From Bacteroidota bacterium (GTDB lineage Bacteria > Bacteroidota > Bacteroidia > JABDFU01), in the NCBI GenBank assembly GCA_013286805.1, contig JABDEY010000002.1, positions 1,629 to 65,628 on the forward strand: a stretch of DNA of 64,000 nucleotides, in the 5' to 3' direction. A program made the position numbers and the translations under genes. Below are positions 57,255 to 64,000 of this stretch, piece after piece; position 1 is the first letter of the stretch, and each line of letters begins with the position of its first letter. Below the pieces are notes generated by a model. That model was not told the origin of the DNA, ran no database searches, and saw nothing but the letters and a program-made list of their open reading frames with translations.

Positions 57255-58478
57255 GTGAATAAGACTTTCCGGTATTTTCTATTATGTGTACTGGTAAGTA
57301 TATTGCCGGTTTCCTGTGATGTTCAGAAAAGGCGTTACCAGCCAGGGTATTTTATTCAAATGAGAAGTTCCTTGCCGGGCAGACCTTATCTACCAGGGAA
57401 GTATATAGCAAGAAATTTAGCAAAGAATTTACCAAAGGATAATACGGACGATTCTTCTCTGACGGCTTTTGATTCTCAAAGCCAGTCATGGCTTAAAAAC
57501 GCTCTGCCTGTTTCTATAGAAAATAAACAGCTGCATACGAATGGAATACTTGCAGAATCCCGGCACAATCAAGTGACAGTTCCACTTGAAAAAGCAACTA
57601 ATACTATAAACAAAGGTAAGTGCGGGGGAGGCCATACGCCGACTCCAGGAAAGGAAAAAGCGGTTAGCAGTCCCGGCCCGGTAAAGAATAAAGAATATGA
57701 AAACCTTATGCTTGCCCTTTTAGCCGGTGCGGGTTCTGGTTTGTTATTATTGGGAATACGAAGTGGTATAAAGAAATACAGAGCTTACAATTTCGCGAAA
57801 AAAACCAAGGAGGAAATTGCCAATATGGCAGACAGGCTTGACAGATGCGCCGACAGGTTTGCAAATGCAAAGAATGATAGGGTGGAGTTAGCTGCACGCA
57901 AAGCAGCAATTGCAATTCATAAATGTGATGATCTTAGCAGAGCAAAAGAACTTGAGAAAGCATTTAACGATCATTATCTTTCTTCCTTACAGGCTTCTGC
58001 TGTACAGCATTTAAAGTTAAATAAATTTTTAAGTGCTGATGCAGGGTATGGCACGCTGAAACCTGATGTTGTGACAACAACGGGGGGCTTTTATAAAAAC
58101 AGTGCCGGTTCCTTAAGCTGGACAATGGGAGAACCTGTTTCAGAGACCGTTTCCAACAGCGGCAATACCCTTACACAAGGGTTTCAACAGGGATCGTATT
58201 CGGTAGCAACAGTTGTTGATGAGTTAGCTCAGCCAGCTACTAATATATCTGTAGGTCCTAACCCCGTCACTTCATTGTTAAATGTCAGAAGCGACTCCAG
58301 CGATCCTATCCGTGCAAAGACAATTGATATGCAGGGTAAAATTGTTTATGAACAACTTTTCGAAAATGGACAAGGTCAGATAGATTTAAGCAATCTTTCA
58401 GATGAAATTTATATTTTAGAAGTTTATGACAAGGAGGGAAACAGAATAAAAGTATTTAAAATACAGAAAGTAGATTAA
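57255..58478 (+). CDS. Hypothetical lipoprotein with a T9SS-like C-terminal domain.
   Basis: Lipobox (ILPVSC). C-terminal KTIDMQGKIVYEQLFENGQGQIDLSNLSDEIYILEVYDKEGNRIKVFKIQKVD. Confidence 0.5.
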   Translation: MNKTFRYFLLCVLVSILPVSCDVQKRRYQPGYFIQMRSSLPGRPYLPGKYIARNLAKNLPKDNTDDSSLTAFDSQSQSWLKNALPVSIENKQLHTNGILAESRHNQVTVPLEKATNTINKGKCGGGHTPTPGKEKAVSSPGPVKNKEYENLMLALLAGAGSGLLLLGIRSGIKKYRAYNFAKKTKEEIANMADRLDRCADRFANAKNDRVELAARKAAIAIHKCDDLSRAKELEKAFNDHYLSSLQASAVQHLKLNKFLSADAGYGTLKPDVVTTTGGFYKNSAGSLSWTMGEPVSETVSNSGNTLTQGFQQGSYSVATVVDELAQPATNISVGPNPVTSLLNVRSDSSDPIRAKTIDMQGKIVYEQLFENGQGQIDLSNLSDEIYILEVYDKEGNRIKVFKIQKVD

Positions 58479-58497
58479 CAACATTTAATAATTCAAA

Positions 58498-59025
58498 ATG
58501 AAAAAACAGTTAGGATTTATTTCGGTACTTCTGTTCGTATCGTGCACGTGTACATTTGGGCAGGCGCCTCAGTCATTCAAGTATCAAACTAAAGCAAAAG
58601 ATGCTTCAGGAAATAATATAGTGAACAAAAGTGTATCGTTCAGGATGAGTATAGTACAAGGTACTATGTCAGGCGCTATAGTTTATAAAGAAACCGATAC
58701 TGCAACTACAAACCTGTATGGCCTGGCTACTTTAGATATTGGAAATGGCACAGTCATTAAGGGAAGTATGTCTGCAATTAACTGGAGTAATGGACCTTAT
58801 TTTATTAAAATAGAATTTGACCCAAATGGTGGAAGCAATTTTACGTTAATGGGAATATCACAAATGTTATCGGTGCCCTATGCGCTATACTCACAATCAA
58901 CTGGTGCCGTATATTCTAAAACGCCGGGACAGGGAATGATCCTTACTTCACCTAATGGCAATTGCTGGCAAATAACTGTTAGTGATACCGGTGTCATTAC
59001 GGCTGCAGCTGTTACGTGCCCATAA
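58498..59025 (+). CDS. Hypothetical small secreted beta-rich protein.
   Basis: Signal peptide. No family recognised. Confidence 0.4.
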   Translation: MKKQLGFISVLLFVSCTCTFGQAPQSFKYQTKAKDASGNNIVNKSVSFRMSIVQGTMSGAIVYKETDTATTNLYGLATLDIGNGTVIKGSMSAINWSNGPYFIKIEFDPNGGSNFTLMGISQMLSVPYALYSQSTGAVYSKTPGQGMILTSPNGNCWQITVSDTGVITAAAVTCP

Positions 59026-59030
59026 TCTTT

Positions 59031-60077
59031 TCATTCTAACAAGGGAGCTAATCGTTTTCCAATAAGTTCAATCGAATTCATGAGTTTTTTGTGCGGTAAA
59101 GCTGCATTGTCCATTTGAAATGTGAATCTTGAAATTCCGCCAAGGGCGGCGCTATGTCTTAGAATTTTGGCGGCCAGCTCTTCGGGACTACCAACCAATA
59201 GGGCACCTAATGGCCCATTTTGAGCATTAAATCTTGAAGGGGTAACGGGTGGCCAGCCCCTCTCCTTTCCGATTCGTGTAAAAGTTTCAGCATAGCCAGG
59301 GTAATAATCTGCAATTGCTTCTTCTGCGGAATTCGCCACATACCCAAGCGAGTGTAAGCCTACTTTTATTTTTTCGGGTGTATGTCCTGCTTTTGCACCA
59401 GCTTGTCTGTATAAGTCTACCAGGGGCCTGAACCGGTGCGTTTCTCCTCCAATTACCGCCACCATCAGCGGTAGCCCAAGTGCGCCGGCACGTATAAAGG
59501 ATTCCGGAGTACCACCAACACCTAACCAGATTGGTAAAGGATGTTGCAGGGGCCTTGGGTAAATGGATTGATTATTGAGTGCAGGACGGAATTTTCCTGA
59601 CCAGTTGACGATCTCATTTTCACGAATGTTTAGCAACAGGCCGAGTTTTTCTGAAAAAAGTGCATCATAATCCTGGAAGCTAAAACCAAACAGCGGAAAA
59701 GCTTCTGTAAATGAACCCCGTCCTACCACCATTTCTGCCCGGCCCTGAGAAATCAAATCAAGAGTTGCAAAGTTTTGAAATACCCTCACCGGATCGGCGG
59801 CACTTAATACGGTTACGGCACTTGTAAGCCGAATATTTTTTGTACGTGCAGCTGCAGCAGCGAGAATCAAAGAGGGTGCTGAATCCAGAAATTCTTTGCG
59901 GTGATGTTCCCCTATACCAAAAACATCCAGACCCACTTTGTCTGCATGTTCAATTCTTTCAAGCAATTCGGCCATAGCATGCATATTGCTGATGGCATTT
60001 GCCGGATCATTGTCAGTGTCTTTGACGGGTGTTGCAGCAGCGAAACTGTCAATTCCTATTTCCATAATTCTCTTCAT
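59031..60077 (-). CDS. LLM-class flavin-dependent oxidoreductase (luciferase-like monooxygenase).
   Basis: TIM-barrel LLM motifs (GIDSFAAA...DVFGIGEHH...). Confidence 0.8.
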   Translation of the reverse strand: MKRIMEIGIDSFAAATPVKDTDNDPANAISNMHAMAELLERIEHADKVGLDVFGIGEHHRKEFLDSAPSLILAAAAARTKNIRLTSAVTVLSAADPVRVFQNFATLDLISQGRAEMVVGRGSFTEAFPLFGFSFQDYDALFSEKLGLLLNIRENEIVNWSGKFRPALNNQSIYPRPLQHPLPIWLGVGGTPESFIRAGALGLPLMVAVIGGETHRFRPLVDLYRQAGAKAGHTPEKIKVGLHSLGYVANSAEEAIADYYPGYAETFTRIGKERGWPPVTPSRFNAQNGPLGALLVGSPEELAAKILRHSAALGGISRFTFQMDNAALPHKKLMNSIELIGKRLAPLLE

Positions 60078-60080
60078 TCA

Positions 60081-60641
60081 TCAGACCTTCCAGTCCACCG
60101 CTTTTATTACATCCGCCTGCCTGGGGAAGATTTTAGTTGTGAGTACGCGGTGAACTTCCTCATCCATATCGGCACAGCAATCAGCAAGAACAGTGATTCT
60201 GTAATCTTTATCTGATGCTTCACGCAAGGTGGATAATACCACCCCGCTGGTGGCGATGCCCGAAAGTACTATGTGTTTTATTCCTTTCGATCTTAACACT
60301 ACTTCGAGGTCGCTTCCTGTAAATGCACTGACACGTTTTTTGGTTACAATAAGGTCTGATGTTTGTGGTGCAACAGATGAATGCACGCGGGTCGCCTCTT
60401 CATTATCAAAATCCCTCCCACTGGTCTTTAAGGTGGAAAACATTTTATTTTCCGGGCTGGCTTCAGGATATCCTTTTCTAAATCCAATGACCACATAGAT
60501 TACAGGTATATTGTTGCTTCGGGCTGTTTGAATTGCTGTATTAATAGAGTTCGTAAGTGGTTTACTGTCTGTCAGCATTTTTACGGTAGCTTCCTGAACA
60601 TCCATTACTAACAAGGCAGTATTTTGATTGTTTGGTTCCAT
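60081..60641 (-). CDS. Isochorismatase-family cysteine hydrolase.
   Basis: ALLVMDVQE...KKRVSAFTGSDLEVVLRSKGIKHIVLSGIATSGVVLST (catalytic Cys context). Confidence 0.8.
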   Translation of the reverse strand: MEPNNQNTALLVMDVQEATVKMLTDSKPLTNSINTAIQTARSNNIPVIYVVIGFRKGYPEASPENKMFSTLKTSGRDFDNEEATRVHSSVAPQTSDLIVTKKRVSAFTGSDLEVVLRSKGIKHIVLSGIATSGVVLSTLREASDKDYRITVLADCCADMDEEVHRVLTTKIFPRQADVIKAVDWKV

Positions 60642-60676
60642 TGCTTAATTTGTATATTTATATAAAATGTCTTTGA

Positions 60677-62494
60677 ATGATTAAACGTATATTTATTCTT
60701 CTCCCCGCTTTCCTGTTGGGTACTTGTTTAGTTGCCCAAACGATACTTGGTGTTGATGTTTCTTCCTATGAAGGTACTATTAATTGGGTGAGTGTAAAAT
60801 CAGCGGGATATACTTTTGCTTTTGCCAAAGCTACCGAAGGTGTAGGACTTACAGATGCTTATTTCGTTGGTAATGAAGTGAATGGTACTGCTGCAGGTAT
60901 GATCATGGGTGCTTACCATTTTGCCCATCCGGAGAATAATACTGCTACAGCTGAAGCGAATTATTTTCTGAGTATAGCAGGGCCCTATATCAAAGCTTGT
61001 CACCTACCTCCTGTCCTTGATCTGGAAGATCCTCCAACCGGCCCTAGCCTATCGGCCTTTTTTACTTCTGCTCAGTTAACAAGCTGGGTTCAGCTTTGGA
61101 TGTCAACGGTTCAAAGTGCTACAGGGATTGCACCCATTATCTATATAGGTCCAAGTAATGCAGCTTACGTTAACAGTTCCTTAAATACTATAGGGTTATG
61201 GATTGATGATTATAACAGCAGCCCAACAACACCTCCTCCAAACATCGGAGTTTGGAAGAGCTGGGATTTTAAGCAATACTCCTGGACCGGAACTGTGCCT
61301 GGAATCAGTGGCAGCAATGCTATTGATATGGATGTTTTTAACGGGAGCATGAATCAATTTAATACATTAGCAGGATGCAATGCAGTATTGGCGGATTTCA
61401 CTTCAAATGTAAGATCAACCTGTCCGGGATCATCCGTCAGCTTTACTGATAAAAGCACAACTACCGGAATCATTACCGGGTGGAAGTGGACATTTTCAGG
61501 TGGCAACCCTGATACTTCCACAATGCAAAACCCGGTTGTTCAATACAGTTCTCCAGGCATCTACAGCGTTAAAGAAGTTGTGACGAGCTCCTCTGCAGGT
61601 AAAGATTCGCTCACCTATGTGTCCTGCATTAATATTGCTGCAAGCGCATCACTTCCTCTTGTTGAAAGTTTTCAATCTTCTGTCTTTCCTCCACCCGGAT
61701 GGTATTCGAATTTGCCAAAATCAACGGACAGTATCTGGGAATTATGCACAACAACGGGTTACAGCAGTACACAGTGCATGTATTTTCCTGCCAATTGCGG
61801 ACAAACAGTAAATATTACCGGCGAAAGGCAGGAGATTTTTACCCCTAATTTCAATTTTGTCAATGCTACGAAATCTGAAATGTGGTTTGATGTGGCTTAT
61901 GAACCCAGTACAGTTCCTACCTATAGTGATACGCTTGAAATCTATTCTTCTGTTGATTGCGGGGCTACCTGGAAGAGTATCTACTCCAAAGGCGGTATGA
62001 CACTTTGCACAACCGGGAGTAGTACAGGGGCTGGTACCGATACGGCCGGCAGCCACGGAAAGGGTTGTTTTGTGCCCCCCAGCCTGAAAGCATGGAGGAC
62101 AGATTCTATCAATCTTACCGCTTTGAATGGACAGCCGAATGTGATGTTCTCATTTGAAAATCGTTCTGGCTGGGGTAATATTATTTATCTTGACAATATT
62201 AATATCACAGGCAATAAGTCAACTGGGATTGAGAACATAACCGGCATGGCTGAGGTAAAAGTTTATCCTAATCCAAACACCGGTTCTTTTTTTATTTCGT
62301 TTTCAGACAAATTTCAGGAAAGGGTTTATTTAATGCTATATGATGTATGGGGCCGGCAGGTTTATTATACGGCTGTTAATTCTGCTGTAACCCAGCTTAA
62401 TCCGGAAGTTAAAGCAGGTGTTTACTTTTACAGAGTCCTGACAGACAAGGGCGATCAGTTTATTTCAGATGGTAAGATTATCATTCAGCAGTAG
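60677..62494 (+). CDS. T9SS cargo with a GH25 muramidase (lysozyme) domain, a PKD domain, a beta-rich domain and a T9SS CTD.
   Basis: GH25: ILGVDVSSYEGTINWVSVKSAGYTFAFAKATEG...YHFAHP. PKD: CPGSSVSFTDKSTT..ITGWKWTFSGG.PDTS..QNPVVQYSSPGIYSV. CTD: VKVYPNPNTGSFFISF...GVYFYRVLTDKG...IIIQQ. Confidence 0.75.
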   Translation: MIKRIFILLPAFLLGTCLVAQTILGVDVSSYEGTINWVSVKSAGYTFAFAKATEGVGLTDAYFVGNEVNGTAAGMIMGAYHFAHPENNTATAEANYFLSIAGPYIKACHLPPVLDLEDPPTGPSLSAFFTSAQLTSWVQLWMSTVQSATGIAPIIYIGPSNAAYVNSSLNTIGLWIDDYNSSPTTPPPNIGVWKSWDFKQYSWTGTVPGISGSNAIDMDVFNGSMNQFNTLAGCNAVLADFTSNVRSTCPGSSVSFTDKSTTTGIITGWKWTFSGGNPDTSTMQNPVVQYSSPGIYSVKEVVTSSSAGKDSLTYVSCINIAASASLPLVESFQSSVFPPPGWYSNLPKSTDSIWELCTTTGYSSTQCMYFPANCGQTVNITGERQEIFTPNFNFVNATKSEMWFDVAYEPSTVPTYSDTLEIYSSVDCGATWKSIYSKGGMTLCTTGSSTGAGTDTAGSHGKGCFVPPSLKAWRTDSINLTALNGQPNVMFSFENRSGWGNIIYLDNINITGNKSTGIENITGMAEVKVYPNPNTGSFFISFSDKFQERVYLMLYDVWGRQVYYTAVNSAVTQLNPEVKAGVYFYRVLTDKGDQFISDGKIIIQQ

Positions 62495-62535
62495 TGGGAT
62501 GAATTATTCTGTTTTATTTTTACTCAATCGCGTTT

Positions 62536-63048
62536 ATGAATAAACTCTATTCGCTTGCCCGCAAAGCAAAAACATCTTCTTTCTATTTGTGGTTACTGAA
62601 TCTGGTGTTGCTTCGTGCTATTCCTTTCAACAAGCCCCACCGTCTAAAGATTTCTGCTATTTCCGATACTGAAATTTCCGTTACCGCCTTTAACAAGCGG
62701 TATAATCAGAATCACATCAAGGGAATTCACGCCTGCTTACTGGCTACTTTGTGTGAATATGTATCGGGTCTGAGTCTCACGATGCATTTGCCGGCCAATG
62801 AATACCGCATTATACTTAAGACGATACAAATGACCTATCACTATCAGGCCAAGCTGGATGTATCAGTAAAATTTAAACTTGACAGGGAGGAAATTGAGAA
62901 AGCAATTCTGGTTCCTTTAAAGACAGAAGATGCTGTATTCAGGGAATTTACGGTTGATGCTTACGATACTGCCAGTAATCATATTTGCACTGGTTTAATT
63001 AACTGGCAGATTAAAGCCTGGAAGAATGCTAAACTGAAGATCAGCTGA
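62536..63048 (+). CDS. Hotdog-fold thioesterase-like protein (DUF4442/YiiD_C-like).
   Basis: Size and hydrophobic-core pattern. A weak family call. Confidence 0.45.
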   Translation: MNKLYSLARKAKTSSFYLWLLNLVLLRAIPFNKPHRLKISAISDTEISVTAFNKRYNQNHIKGIHACLLATLCEYVSGLSLTMHLPANEYRIILKTIQMTYHYQAKLDVSVKFKLDREEIEKAILVPLKTEDAVFREFTVDAYDTASNHICTGLINWQIKAWKNAKLKIS

Positions 63049-63072
63049 AAGGCCTGTAAATCTTATTCAGTT

Positions 63073-64000
63073 TATGCTTAAACATACTTTACAACTCTAC
63101 AAAACCTCATTCACCGGGCTTTCCAGGCAGACCTGGCTGCTTTCGCTTGTTATGTTAATTAACAGAAGCGGAACAATGGTTGTGCCTTTTATGACCTTGT
63201 ACCTCACAGGGAAAGGCATGCACAGGACTTTAAGCGAAGCCGGCACTGTCATGGGATTGTTTGGTCTTGGTGCCATCATTGGTGCCTGGATTGGAGGCAG
63301 GCTTTCTGATAAAATTGGATTTCATAAGATACAATTGGCTACTCTTTTTATGGGAGGAATTATGTTTATTGTTTTGGGACAGATAAAGTCATACGAGCTG
63401 ATTTGCATTGCTACTTTTGTTTTAAGTCTGGTTAATGAGGCCTTCCGGCCTGCCAATTCTTCTGCGGTTGCTTTCTACAGCAAACCGGAAAACAGGACAC
63501 GGTCTTACTCTTTAAACCGGCTTGCTATAAATCTGGGCTGGGCTGTGGGCGCTTCTTTGGGAGGTCTGATCGCTTCTTATAATTATGAACTGTTGTTCTG
63601 GATAGACGGAGGAACTAATCTGGGAGCGGCCTTGCTTTTGTTTTATTATTTAACTCCATCCGGCAATTCTGAGAAAAGCGTCAAGGGTTTGTCTGAAGAA
63701 ATTGAAATGAATGTGTCTCAAAAAAATGAAAGCTCCGCCCTCCTGTCAAATCCTGCCCGCTCTGCCTATCAGGATAAAATTTACCTTGGATTTATTTTTC
63801 TGGTAAGCCTTTTTGCTTTTTGTTTCTTTCAGTTATTCACGACCGTTCCAAAATACTTCCGTGATAACCTGCATCTGACGGAGCGTTTTATTGGATTTAC
63901 CATGGCATTGAACGGGCTGGTAATTGTTGGTACTGAAATGATTTTAGTTTACAGTCTGGAGGGCAAGAAAAATAATCTGGTTTATATTATTTTTGGAATG
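63073..64000 (+). CDS. MFS transporter, N-terminal ~310 aa; runs off the window end.
   Basis: MFS signatures (GRLSDKIGFHK; TM periodicity). No stop before position 64000. Confidence 0.75.

Overview
This is a chromosomal window from a gliding member of the Bacteroidota, about 42% GC. It carries gldD and gldE in the Flavobacterium-type order mutY-ssb-gldE-gldD, a PorP/SprF-family T9SS gene, and at least eleven genes ending in a type IX secretion (T9SS) C-terminal sorting domain.

Housekeeping genes are well supported:
- mutS (N-terminal part, running off the window start)
- a TrmH/SpoU methyltransferase
- folK, sppA, nadD, fumC
- prfB, with its conserved programmed +1 frameshift
- ctaB and a caa3-type oxidase accessory block (two subunit-III paralogs, a subunit-IV-like protein, sco1)
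- uvrC, mfd, ssb, mutY, recJ
- a DAHP-synthase/chorismate-mutase fusion
- an LLM oxidoreductase, an isochorismatase, an APC permease, and an MFS transporter (running off the window end)

Between these sit accessory secreted-protein genes:
- two diverged, inverted paralogs with IPT/TIG plus FG-GAP repeats
- a tail-fibre-like protein with an S74 chaperone domain
- a BNR propeller fused to a GH16-like domain
- an ECF sigma factor followed by an anti-sigma-like protein fused to an outer-membrane beta-barrel
- then PKD, delta-60, RCC1 and other T9SS cargo genes on the same strand
- a GH25 muramidase cargo
- a C39-like peptidase cargo

The candidates for something new are:
- an exosortase-family (XrtF-like) gene preceded by a 71-aa ORF that is essentially only a signal peptide plus a PEP-CTERM-like anchor
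- the ECF-sigma block with its IM-to-OM fused protein
- a 6 x 25-bp tandem array filling the whole gap upstream of a class-V aminotransferase
- an 'AGTTTAAAGTTT' motif family at every junction of the cox operon

No rRNA or tRNA gene, CRISPR array, transposase or integrase was recognised. Everything was read by eye, so no searches or computations back these calls.
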